Assembly: GCF_006345805.1 (NCBI RefSeq)
Contig: NW_021832143.1
Coordinates: forward strand, 1 to 63,059
Source: Octopus sinensis
Lineage: Eukaryota
DNA length: 63,059 nucleotides
Reading direction: 5' to 3'
Of the stretch, positions 27,593-40,468 are shown one piece after another. Within the stretch, counting starts at the first letter, position 1, and each line of letters begins with the position of its first letter. The position numbers and the translations under genes were made by a program. Under the pieces are notes generated by a model, which saw only the letters and a list, made by a program, of their open reading frames with translations, did not search any database and was not told the origin of the DNA.

Positions 27593-28220
27593 TATTGTTT
27601 TGAGCTGAGTGGGGGTGCTAGATTCCCTTGTTCGAAAATATAAGGACACAGATCGTGTCTTATAGCCAGCTGGATACGATGTCTCCTGGGGCTAAATTAC
27701 GACAACATTGGTCCTAAACCAGGAATGCCATGTTGTGTTGGCAAACAATCTTTGCTACAAGGTACTGTTGCTGAACATCTAACGTTGTGAGATTTAAAAA
27801 TAGTAATTTTCTAAAATATATTTTAATATATTTGAATCTGCAGCAGATTCAAATTCAAAACAGCTGTGTTTCACAAGTAAAAAACTTAAAACCTGATTAA
27901 CCTATTAATATTTATACTTCTACATCTATCACCCCATTTTGGCCAGCACTTTATCTTCTCACTTTTCTTCAACGCCTCCTCACTGGACCTTTCCACTGCC
28001 CTTAAGGGGGCAGTACTATAATCGACTTATACTCTCACCCGAAATTGCTGGCCTTTTGTCAACATTTGAAATTAATTGTTAATTGAACAGGAGTTGTACT
28101 TCATTCAATGGAACTTCAGCTTCAACTTTTTACTTGTATGAAATATTCTTCGCTGACAAAATAAATATACCACACAGTGTATGGAGACTTCAGTATAACC
28201 AACGTAGTTCTACAAATAAT

Positions 28221-28530
28221 ATCACCGTGATCACCGTGACCGACCAGGCTATCAGATGTTGTTACACATCGCTGGTCACAATGTGCTTCGCATTGTTTTA
28301 GCCTTCAAATGACGCCACCCCGCTGGCTAAGCGAGCAGGCTACGGAAGAAAGAGTGAGAGAAAGTGGCGAAAGAGTGCAGCAGGGATCGCCACCACCCCC
28401 TGCCGGAGCCTCGTGGAGCTTTAGGTGTTTTCGTTCAATAAACACTCACAACGCCCGGGCTAGGAATCGAAACCGCGATCCTACGACTGCGAGTCCGCTG
28501 CCCTAACCACTAGGCCATTGCGCCTCCACA
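28221..28530 (-). mobile_element. tRNA-derived SINE family C, apparently full length
   Basis: Minus strand tgtggaggcgcaatggcctagtggttagggcagcggactcgcagtcgtaggatcgcggtttcgattcc (A and B boxes); tail of short repeats tcacggtgatcacggtgat. Confidence 0.9.
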
Positions 28531-28854
28531 CAAATAATATATTATATAGAATATGTCTTTGATTTCGATCCACATATAAGAAAGTTTACCTTGTAACTTA
28601 AAGTGACAAATAATAAGCAATCAACAGGTAAAAGAGCTGACAGGTACATGACAAAGCGTATAGATATCAGAGATGTTCTTTCCTAAGACTGCGATTCAGT
28701 ACAATGTATGGGGAATTCTTCACCGTCTTAAGAACCAAAAAATTCAAAGAAAATGCAATTTCAAAAGAGACTATACATGTCATGGTCTTCTGAAAACTTC
28801 CAACAATCTTACAGAATTTGAAATACACGTTGAGTTTGCACGAGGTTGTCACTA

Positions 28855-28902
<48 letters not shown>

Positions 28903-28903
28903 G

Positions 28904-28936
<33 letters not shown>

Positions 28937-29004
28937 TTATCCATCTAGTTATTTATGTTTGTCAACATATGTACCTATCTACACATCTATCTATCTACCT
29001 GTTT

Positions 29005-29066
<62 letters not shown>

Positions 29067-29429
29067 ATGTATGTATATATATATATATATATATATCTAT
29101 ATATATATACATATATATCCAGATATATATATATAATACATACATATATATGCATATATATATATGTATGTGTGTGTGTATGTGTGTGTGTCTGTGTGTG
29201 TATACGTCTATTTATTTATCTGTCGTGATGTCGCATCGGCTCCGCAGTAACTCCTTTTTGCGACCTTTTATTACACACATTTTGTTTCAGTTTTTGCACA
29301 CAATGTGTGTAAAGTACCCAGCTTGCGTTTGCGTGTGTTTACAAGGGAGGAATTGACCCCTAGGAGCAGTTCCAAACCTTATTTACATTTCTATTTTCTT
29401 CGATTTCCTTGCCATATTTCTAAACAAAT

Positions 29430-29835
29430 ATGGCTAAGCGAAACCATGAGGCCGACTTCCCGCCTCTACCAATGCTAGAGGTGAGGAAAGCTGAAAGCAA
29501 AACCGTTCCGCCTAGACGCCCACAGGCCTTAGAAGGCCCGAATGCTTCTGTTACTACAACCACTGGCTCCACTAATACTACCATCACCACCACAACCAAC
29601 AAGAATACTGAAAACCATTTTGTCGCAGCTTTAAAGTTAAAGAAGAGAGTAATGTGCTTTTCCAAATAAGAACTGCTCGCCTGTAAAGCAATGTTTAAAA
29701 AAGACGACCTCAGCATACAACTACAGACACCACAAAACATCACGGAAAAAATCGAAAGGACCCCAAATATTTGCAGGCCACTCAACCTAAAAACAAGGTT
29801 ATACGAAAAGGTCACTCAAGAAAATGTTCAAAGTC
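29430..29835 (+). pseudogene. Interrupted ORF, possibly a LINE ORF1-like relic
   Basis: The ORFs at 29430 and 29691 are in one frame separated by a single TAA (29667-29669); N-terminus MAKRNHEADFPPLP; cut off by a SINE. No domain recognised. Confidence 0.25.
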
Positions 29836-30153
29836 GTCTTTACCTGTCATCCGTTCGGGATCGATTAAATAAGTACCAGTTACGCACTGGATTCGATTTA
29901 ATCGACTTAATCCGTTTGTCTGTCCTTGTTTGTCCTCTCTGTGTTTAGCCCCTTGTGGGTAGTAAAGAAATAGGTATTTCGTCTGCTAGGTTCTGAGTTC
30001 GAATTCCGCACAGGTCGACTTTGCCTTTCATCCTTTCGGAGTCGATAAATTAAGTACCGGTTACGTACTGGGGTCGATATAACCGACTTAATCCGTTTGT
30101 CTGTCCTTTATTTGTCCTTTCTCTCCTTAGCCCCTTGTGGGTAGTAAAGAAAT
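29832..30153 (+). mobile_element. SINE family A head-to-tail dimer (core+tail1 twice), 5' truncated
   Basis: Junction agtaaagaaata|ggtatttcgtctg at about 29970. Confidence 0.92.
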
Positions 30154-30689
30154 AAAAATACAGTAGGTCAAACACCAACATAACATAAGATGATACCAAA
30201 ACAAAGAATCACCCACGCACAACACCACCACAACACATTAATAGATAGATAGATATACATATATATATGAATGTATTATATATACACATATACAATACAC
30301 ACACATATAATATTCTTGCAAAACTCGGGGCGAGTCAACGTTAAAAATCTGCACAAAGCTGCCTACCTCTGTATCGTCTAATGTCAATGTTTTCGACATG
30401 TACATGTTTACACAAACACTAAAGTTCTTGACGTTGATAAGTTACTATTCATATGGAGTTCAGGTTTTTAAAAGACATTAGGAGATATAACGTGACTGCA
30501 CCCAGGGGAGTGAATAGAATTGCAATACAGATCGAAGATCAAACTCCATTGTATTGAGAAATCTATATATGTGTTAGTGTGTGTGCGTGCGTGTGTGTGT
30601 GTGTGTGGTGTGTGTGTGTGTGTGCTTGACTGTGTGTGAATAACTGAGAATGATTCCTATGATATTTCTTATGTAAATATAATAGTTAA

Positions 30690-30722
30690 CAAAACGGACA
30701 CATCATCACAAATATAAACAAA

Positions 30723-30762
<40 letters not shown>

Positions 30763-30775
30763 TATATATATACAC

Positions 30776-30816
<41 letters not shown>

Positions 30817-30874
30817 TACATACATACATATATATATACGTATACACACATATATATTATACACACACATACCT

Positions 30875-30913
<39 letters not shown>

Positions 30914-30929
30914 ATATATATATATATAT

Positions 30930-30961
<32 letters not shown>

Positions 30962-30994
30962 TACATACATACATATATATATACGTATACACAC

Positions 30995-31031
<37 letters not shown>

Positions 31032-31072
31032 TATACAATACACACACATATATATTATACACACACATACCT

Positions 31073-31112
<40 letters not shown>

Positions 31113-31621
31113 TTATGTATTTATATATAATTACATCTATAAAACACACTGATGCACGTACAACATACACACACACACATATATATATATATATTCACGC
31201 GTGTACTTCTCTGTGGAAGTGAGAGCATAGCGTGTGTGTGTGTTTATATATTTATATATATATATATACACATATATATATATATGTATATATCTATTAA
31301 TATATATATGTAGATGTATACATATGAATAAACATGCACAAGTACATGTATATATATATATATACACATATATATATATATATACACATATATATATATA
31401 TGTTTGTATATATGTGTGTGTATATGTATATATATATATATACACATGAGGAGAGTTTTCATATATATATATATGTTTGTATATATGTGTGTGTATATGT
31501 ATATATAGACATACACATGTATACCATTTATATTATATATATATATATATATGTATGTCTGTGTGTGCATGTGTGAGTGTGTCTTTATATGAAAATGTAT
31601 ATACATGCAAACATATATCTG

Positions 31622-31663
<42 letters not shown>

Positions 31664-31730
31664 CGCGTGTACTTCTCTGTGGAAGTGAGAGCATAGCGTG
31701 TGTGTGTGTTTATATATTTATATATATATA
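30690..31730. repeat. Compound TA/CA microsatellite with internal segmental duplications
   Basis: tcacgcgtgtacttctctgtggaagtgagagcatagcg at 31195 and 31661; tattatacacacacatacctacac twice at about 30855 and 31054. Confidence 0.9.
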
Positions 31731-32759
31731 TGTATATTTGTCTATTAGTGTGTGTGCATGTGTGTCTGTGTGTGTTTGTATTTGTCTAAACAAACTTTAT
31801 CGCAACATTGCAATGTATAAGATTATAGTTTAATGTCTTCACAAACTTTACGAAGCAACATGCTGTGAAACATACACGTCCATAACAATGTAAAATCACA
31901 ATAGCTCAGAAACGATGTATTTAAATCAAACAACGAAATATATATTTTCTCTTCACAAAACCTCAATTCTAACTAGTGATATATAAATACTTATGTACGT
32001 CTGTATGTATGCATGTTCCTTAACACACAGCTACGATTGTGTATGTGATTATACCTGTATTATTACACATTCACGAAAATGTATATATATATATATTATA
32101 TATATATATATACTCCAACTAACTTCAGGACCAAGTACAACAATACCATGGTTTTCCAAGGCCCACAGCAATTAAGTCTGCATAAGGTGGAAGTAGATAT
32201 TTTCAAAATGGATCTAGGCATTCTTCTCTTCCCAATACCAGGTGAACCGACAGCCAGACATGAGTTACAGACAAGGGCAGTGGAATCAAACTTCTTCATA
32301 CACCAAATGGACCAACAGATGGTACAAAGGCACATAAAGTAGTGGTGATGCGAAACAACCCGGTCTAACAAATAACTGGAACCAAGGTAGTGGTGCACCA
32401 GCATGACCGCAGTCAAATGGCTGCAACGAATAATAATTTAAAAGAGCAAATATATATACATATATATGTGTGTGTGTGTGTGTATCCATAGAACAAAAAA
32501 CTCACCAGAGGACAAGAGAAACAAGAATTGGAAGGATAGGCGAAAAAACGGGTTATTCGTGGCTTTCTTTCCTCAGTCAAGTACCAGAAGTAGCGACCAT
32601 TTCGGGCAGTTACAGTTGAGATGGTTCAATCTGATATATATATATATATATAATTACAAATATTGCATTTCTAAATCTCTCAGAGAGACGGTAATGCAAT
32701 AACAGCAAGATGAAGGGATGATTTTCTGGCGACTTAATGTGGCAGTCCCATGTGTATAT

Positions 32760-32805
<46 letters not shown>

Positions 32806-32915
32806 GTATGTATGTATGTATGTATCAATGTATGTATGTATGTATGTGACCGCGTGTGTAATCGTAGGCGATTTTTTTCCTCCTGCTTCCCTTCCTTGGA
32901 TCTTTACTCTTCCTA

Positions 32916-32952
32916 TGTTTCTAGTGAAGAGCTCGGCTCGAAACGTTAAATC
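32916..32952 (+). ncRNA. Degenerate minimal hammerhead motif within a PLE-pLTR-like repeat (about 32870-33050)
   Basis: gttt-CTAGTGA (CUGANGA altered)-a-gagc-tcg-gctc-GAAA-cg-UU-aaat. Confidence 0.45.
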
Positions 32953-33769
32953 CTTGTCTTTCCTTTCCTGAGCGTCCAATATAACTATACTTGTTCCACG
33001 TCCTCGCGTTGTTGTGATTTCTCTTTGTGTTTCTATGTTAGAATTAAATTTATGTATGTATATATATATATATATATATACACACTCAATAACTCTGTCT
33101 GTCTGTCCCTGTCTCTGCCTCTACTCTACATCCCTTTCCTGTATATTTATAACACGCTGTGTGCCATCGATATTTACTTCGTATACTATAAGTAATTCTC
33201 TACACCCGTATTTCACTATTAAGTATTCTACGTCATATACTCTACTATATTCGACCATTATATATATTTTTTAAATCCAACTTAATGAGAGATCTAATGC
33301 ATTCTACTTTCACCTATTTACTTACTGCGCTATAAACATGTTTCTCTTGAAACGAAAAACAGTAATAATCTGCAATTACACATTTAACATTCAGACACTC
33401 AGTGTGTGTTCTTGCTTCCTTATGACTATGAACTGAATATTGTTTTTTATAAACTTTTGAAGTGAATGTGAACCATTAACCTTATTGTATACGTTTGTTT
33501 GTTTTGCACTGAATGCATGAAATATATCCTAAATGCGTCGCTTTTGCATAAACTAAACCTGCCGCTTCTTGAAATTTCCTATTCACATTTTTCCGTAATG
33601 CATCCCATTTGAAAAATCGAATATTCATGCATGTAATTTTTTCTACACTCACAAAGCCATGGCATGCTTGGCTCCAACTTTACACCCGAAAACAGGAAAC
33701 GCCCTAAATATCAAGTAAATACAGGCCTAGTCTAATCTAACCCACACCATTACTAATGTCTTAAATACT

Positions 33770-33958
33770 CTTTTCTGCTCTAAGCAGAAGTCCCGAAATT
33801 TTGGGGGAGGAGGCCAGTCGATTAGATCAACCCAGTACACAACTGGTATTTAATATATCAACCTCGAGAGAATGAAAAGCAAAGTCGACCTCGGCGGAAT
33901 TTGAACTCGGAGTGTAAAAACAGACGAAATACCGCTAAGCATTTCGCCCAGCGTGATA
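33770..33958 (-). mobile_element. SINE family A monomer (tail2 type)
   Basis: Reverse complement of ctgggcgaaatgcttagcggtatttcgtctg..ctaatcgactggcctcc..aaaatttcggg. Confidence 0.9.
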
Positions 33959-34274
33959 AAGGTCTTAAATACAGGATTGTGTATCTTAGGGCTGTGTATT
34001 GTCAAAGCAAAATGATCAAATCTAATTATACCAAAAATGACCAAAATACTATCACACTTTGTGCCTTCCTAAAAAAAAGAGAGAAACAGGCGCAGGCTTC
34101 GTAACAAAGTACTTTATGCATGAATAAATTCTAAACAATAACATACCACCAAATTTAATGAAGAAAATTTATTTCTAAAACGATTTTTCCATAAAATTAC
34201 AGTTGCTACTCCAGTCAAACCTATAACCTCAAAGATGATTTTAACTATATAAAAGCTAAATTAAGTCCAATGCC

Positions 34275-34322
34275 GTGCAGTCTGCCGATAGGATAACTGG
34301 CCGAAACTTCGAAGTCACTCAC
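34275..34322 (+). ncRNA. Degenerate minimal hammerhead motif
   Basis: Stem I gtg(c)agt/actcac; CUGCCGA (A6>C); GAAA 34303-34306; palindromic stem III cttcgaag; UC site. Confidence 0.5.
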
Positions 34323-34789
34323 AACAACCGTCCTGTGTGTTTGTGTGTTATGATTTAGAACAAGCAGTAAAAGTTTATCATTATAGTACACAGTTTCGAA
34401 TGAGCGTATATATGAGTACGTACATACATATATGTTTGTGTGAGTGCATGCGCATTTACGTATACATGTTTCTGTAAGTGTGTACGTATGTAGACGCAGT
34501 GAACGCAGGAGGTTTATGTCTATTTATTGTGAGTATATGTGTGCGTGTATTTTATTTTTCTACCTTTTAGAGTAACCTCTCTTTTATTCAACGGTTTTTC
34601 GTAACGTCTGTTGCCATTAATAACCGACGAGAATGTATCGTAGCTCTTCACTCGAATTCGAATTTCCGAGTACTATAATGACAACCTTTTACTGTGTGTT
34701 CTAAATTATAACATATATAAATAATCCTCTATCTCTATCTATTTAATATCGAGTGCTCATTCTTTTGTTATGCTTTATTATTATCATTC

Positions 34790-34804
34790 TTCTTCTTCTT
34801 CTTC

Positions 34805-34869
<65 letters not shown>

Positions 34870-34890
34870 GTTATTATTTTTATTATTAGG

Positions 34891-34923
<33 letters not shown>

Positions 34924-35020
34924 GTTATTATTTTTATTATTAGGATTATTATTATTATTATTATTATTGTTGTTGTTGTTCTTGTTGTTATTATTCTTCT
35001 TCTTCTTATTATTATTATAT
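34790..35020. repeat. (TTC)n/(ATT)n/(GTT)n microsatellite block
   Basis: Directly visible; includes a duplicated variant unit gttattatttttattattagg. Confidence 0.95.
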
Positions 35021-35878
35021 ATGAATACATGCGTCGGTGATGAAACTTCTACAAATACATGTATTCATAAAGATTCGTGCGTATGTGAGTGTGTGCGTGG
35101 CGTGTGTGTGTGTATGTGTGCGTGTGTGTGTGCGTGTATGTGTGTGTCTGTGTATGTATTTTCATACCTTTATAATGCACATCTGGTTTCAACAGATTTC
35201 TTAGCATTTGTTAATATATATTTAAATTTATCTTTGTATTATCTGAAAAATCTTGATACTGTTTTACTGCTCCTCTGATATCATCTCAATCTCTAAGAGT
35301 ATGTGCTTCACACATACACAGACACACACAGTCACACAAACACTCACAAATACACATTTGTTATCTGTATACCGTGTGATTACGAAATCTTATAAGCACA
35401 TTTATGTCGATATCTAAATCTTGTAAATCTGTATCATAAAATTACGGAGTATACTCTAAAATCCTTGTAATATATACACGTCCAGCAGATTCTGTCTTTA
35501 TTAAACATACCTTAATACGTATTAATACGTCCTTTCTACAATCTATTTCTTTGTCGCTTCCATCTATAATATATTTACCTATAATATTTTTACCCACCTA
35601 TTTCTGCACTTCTTAGCTCTATTCAAATACAAGAGTTGTGCTTGGCTGTAAGCAATGTTTGAATATATTTTCTTTGTTATTAACCATTATCAAATGTCTT
35701 GTGTACTCTTCTACAAAATTAATTCTTATGCGTTCGTTCTTCTGTTGCATTAATTTGTCATAAATATATTCTGTCTGTTACTTGTTATTTAATAGGATAC
35801 ATAGTACTACATGTATATCGGTAGCTTATGTATCACGATTTCAGAAGAAATCTTCTGATATATATATATATATGTATA

Positions 35879-35934
<56 letters not shown>

Positions 35935-35970
35935 ATATAGTATATTATATATATATATATATATATATAT

Positions 35971-36321
35971 TTAGTGAAGGGAAGAAATGGAGCTGAACGA
36001 AGATTCTACAAAATTCCTTTTTATTATTTTATTATTTTCTACACATGTTTCAAAGGCTCAATATGCGTTGACGTCAACGCATATTGAGAGACAGTTTTGT
36101 GCCATTCATACCATGGGCTACTAGGGAGCATTTTGTTCGAATAGCTTGCTGCGCATTTGTTTGGAGATTTAAATTCCTGGATTTTCCTGAAGAGAAAGCT
36201 GCAAAATGGTCTCCTTATTCAATCCGAATTTGGAAATTTGCAGCCTTTGAAACATGTGTGGAAAATAATAAAAAGGAATTTTGAATAATCTTCGTTCAGC
36301 TCCATTTCTTCCCTTCGCTAA
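35971..36321. mobile_element. Fold-back element with ~85-bp terminal inverted arms and a hammerhead motif (same family as 50178-50495)
   Basis: Arms ttagtgaagggaagaaatggagctgaacgaagatt...acacatgtttcaaaggct and its reverse complement ending at 36321; shared terminus gaagaaatggagctgaacg; HHR motif at 36181-36266. Confidence 0.85.
36181..36266 (+). ncRNA. Hammerhead motif with extended stem II; cleavage triplet mutated (UG)
   Basis: Stem I attttc/gaaaat; CUGAAGA 36187-36193; stem II gaaagctgcaaa/tttgcagccttt; GAAA 36249-36252; C-AUGU-G; position 17 = G at 36260. Confidence 0.7.
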
Positions 36322-36473
36322 ATATATAAAACTTCAATTATCCGCGCTAAGGCACGGTTGCGACACCCCATGGTCGTAACCTCAACCGTGTTTTTTCTGT
36401 TGTGATTTGTGCTACCCAGGTATCGGTTAAATTTTGAATAATCCGTAACAAGATAATTCATTTATCCATTTCA

Positions 36474-36504
<31 letters not shown>

Positions 36505-36510
<6 letters not shown>

Positions 36511-36950
36511 CCTGACTCAGCAATACAGCGGCTACCAGCGTTCCTGCATTTGGAATACGACTTGGAAATTGTTTTCCGTATGCGCGTGAAGGGCGTTCTG
36601 TGGTTCGCTCTGAATCTCGACAACGGTTTAAAAACGGCCACCTTTGAGCTGAATTTTCATCTTGTGGGAAGAGACAGAAGTCTGATGTGCGAATAAGGCA
36701 GGTGTGGAAGTGGTATCACGTAGTTATTTGCGAGAGACACCCGAGTGAGACACCCGTCTTGAAGAATCCAATTTTCGCGTTCCACACGTCCGGTCGTTTT
36801 TGGCAAACGCTTCAAAACGTCGTGAATTTCCTCTGTAGTGGAAATGAAAGGCTTTTCGTTTTGACGACTGCTACTTCGTTGGTGTGTCGTCCCCGTAGAC
36901 CCAACTCTTGTCCCCAGTTATGAGCCTCGACATGCAGGATGAGTTATCAG
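36505..36950 (-). pseudogene. Internally deleted mariner transposase relic
   Basis: Minus strand RLITGDKSWVYGDD (cf. ITGDESWVYGYD) and QLKGGRF*TVVEIQSEPQNALHAHTENNFQVVFQ..QERW..CIAESGNY. Confidence 0.82.
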
Positions 36951-36979
36951 TGGCACGCAGACGAAGATGTTGACATATA

Positions 36980-37118
36980 AACGACGGGCTTATTTCAGTT
37001 TCCGTCTACCAAATCCACTCACAAGGCTTTCATCGGCCCACAGTTACAGAAGGTGCTGCGGGACTGAACCCGGATCCATGTGCTTGGGAAGAAAGCATTT
37101 GACTACACAGCCGCTACT
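36980..37118 (-). mobile_element. SINE family B (CORE-like) 5' fragment
   Basis: acgacgggcttatttcagtttccgtctaccaaatccactcacaaggc..gggactgaacccggatccatgtg matches 61811-61970. Confidence 0.85.
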
Positions 37119-37127
37119 AATGTATGA

Positions 37128-37198
<71 letters not shown>

Positions 37199-37751
37199 AG
37201 GGGGGCGTGTGTGTGTGTGTATAGCTATGCGTGGCACTCACGCAGGAACAAACACACACACACAAACATGCACACACATAAGTGTACGAGTATAGAAATA
37301 AACGTACGTATGTACATGTATATACATGCGGGTACACATGTATATTTATATTTGTACGCATCTAAGTATATGTGTAATAAAACCCCCGCACAAATATATA
37401 CACATACGTATACACCCAAAATATATCCAATTTAGTTAATAGCTCAGGTAAAAAACGAATCAACTAATTTTTAGTTTCCAGCGAAATAAACTGAATTCGA
37501 GATAGATCGGACATTTTCTTTTATTTCTCGTGTCTGGTTGGAATTTGCCAATGAATCATTAGCGAAATATCTCATTTAGGAACTATGTAGACAGGTATAT
37601 ATCATATACTCCATACACAGGTAGCACATATAAATCTGTATACACATACATACACGCATACACATACATACACACACACACAGATATATGCATACAAGTA
37701 TTTATCGATATATACAAGATATATATATACATATATATATATATAATATAT

Positions 37752-37789
<38 letters not shown>

Positions 37790-38102
37790 GTGTATGTATG
37801 TATGTATGTATGGAAATGATATAATATGTGCATGATATAATACATATATATATATATATATTACAAATACATATTATATAAATATATATATACATGTATA
37901 TATACATGTACGTATCAATATATACATATACATACAAACACACACGCAAACACATACGCGCACATACACACATATACATATATGTATACATTTATATATT
38001 ATATATAGGTAATTAAAGACGCACATACAATATCTTTATCTTAATCGTATACACGCACTGAAACAATTGCATATCATCTAAAAGAAAGCGTGTTTTTCTA
38101 TG

Positions 38103-38147
<45 letters not shown>

Positions 38148-38265
38148 TGTGTTATCTCCATATATATATATTATATATATATAATATAATATATTATATA
38201 TATATATATATATGTGTGGTGTGTGTGTGTGTGTGTGTGTTATGTGTGAATATATGTATATAAAA

Positions 38266-38324
<59 letters not shown>

Positions 38325-38789
38325 TATATTTGTGCATGCTCTTCTACACTCTTATTAATGTATCTAAATATATATATATATGCATGGAAGAGTAATTAAG
38401 TTTTGCCACACATACATTTATCATTTACTGAGTAAGTTTGTGTGTTTGTGGATTGCGTTCAATTTCCTTTGAATATTTTTATACGCATACTTTCCAATAA
38501 GAATTATCTACTAGTTGTACACACGCGTACGACAACGAATACATATGATTTATATACATACACTTGCTTCTAATAATCTATAATATGATCCACATAACAA
38601 TCTGAGCATATATTTATACGAAAAGTAGACATAGCACACGTATATATTTCTATAACGAATATCATCTTTATTCTCCTTAATTACCTGTTGGTGTTGTTGC
38701 TATTGTTGTTGTTGTTTATACGCTCGTTACAATTGGTTTCGGTATCTACTTTATGCGCTGGATTTGTGTAGATAAAATAGGTATACAGA

Positions 38790-39213
<424 letters not shown>

Positions 39214-39579
39214 GTCGTTTTTACTCTGAATACTTGTTGTTACTGATATGCTAATCACCCTTATTCTTGTTATTACTGTTGTGAGTGTTTTTTTATAATC
39301 TGTATAAATCCCTTAGTTGTTAGTGATATTTAATATCGCCATTAACAACGCCGTTATTAGCGATGTTCATGTAATTTCTGTAATGCCTTTTATTGTTATA
39401 GTATATTTTATTACTTATGGCGTTATTAATATCGTCTTTATTCTTTTTTGCTACTATCATTGTTCTTGATATGCTCATCATTATCATTATTGTTATGTCT
39501 ATTATTACTGATGCAGCTACTAACATCGTCACGAATTTGCTTTCCTTATTAAGGCGTTAAGATGACAGTTTTGTTACAG

Positions 39580-39692
39580 CGCTGCTGCACGAAGTATTTC
39601 ATAGCATTTCGCCCGTCTTTCCGTTTTGCTTTCAAATTCCGCCAGGGTCGACCTAGCATTGCATGTTTCCTCATTTCAGGGTCGATAAAATA
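39580..39692 (+). mobile_element. SINE family A fragment interrupted by a DNA-transposon MITE
   Basis: ..caaattccgccagggtcgac..agggtcgataaaaTA, resuming as agtacca at 40471. Confidence 0.75.
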
Positions 39693-40468
39693 CCGTAAAC
39701 CCTCGATTATAATCCACATTTTTTCCCAAAATTTAAAAGTCAAAATCCCTAGTGCGTATTATAAACGAGGTTAAAAATGAAAATTATTTTCTAAGCAATG
39801 TCCGAGTTTCTATTTGCTATCCAGCACTGTTTATTCAGACGCATTTTGTGATGTTGGGCGCTAAAATACCTTAAGCTAAGCCTGAAAGCAATGGAGTCAA
39901 AAAAGAATCATCCATAACTTGCAATAAGCAACATTTATTAAACGATAAAATACCGTAAATCCTGGAGTAAAATCCGCATTTTTCCCAAAATTTAATGGTC
40001 AAAATCCCTAATGCGTAATATATACGAGGTTAAAAATGAAAAATATTTTCTAAGCAATGTCCGAGTCTCTATTTGCTGTCCGACAATTTTTATTCAAACG
40101 CATTTTGTGATGTCGGGCGCGGAAAATACCTTAAGCTAAGCCTGAAAGCAATGAAGCCATCAAAGAATCATCCATAACTTGCAGTAAGCAACATTTATTA
40201 AACGTTATTACTGTTATTTCTTTATTTTCTGCAAACAAAATGCACAAAAAGCTATACGCTTGCATTATGTTATATATACAATTATAATAAATGATATTAC
40301 CGTATACATATACATTTTTACAAACCAAGGACATTATATAGACCTCCTTGACTCAAGTTAGAGAAGGGGTGCGTATTATACACAAGGTTTAGGTTTTTGA
40401 GAGTTACAGCCCCCAAAATATCCCCTGCGTATTATACTCAAGGGCAGTCTATACTCGAGGATTTACGG
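39693..40468. mobile_element. pogo/Tigger-like non-autonomous element with a duplicated 5' 260 bp
   Basis: TIRs TA|ccgtaaa(c/t)cct(c/g)ga and tatactcgaggatttacgg; two diverged copies of the 5' segment start at 39691 and 39951. Confidence 0.85.

Noticed and set aside
28460-28525. tRNA gene (also the heads at 46312, 48078 and 60876)
   Set aside because: These are tRNA-derived SINE heads that continue into SINE bodies and lack a complete acceptor stem.
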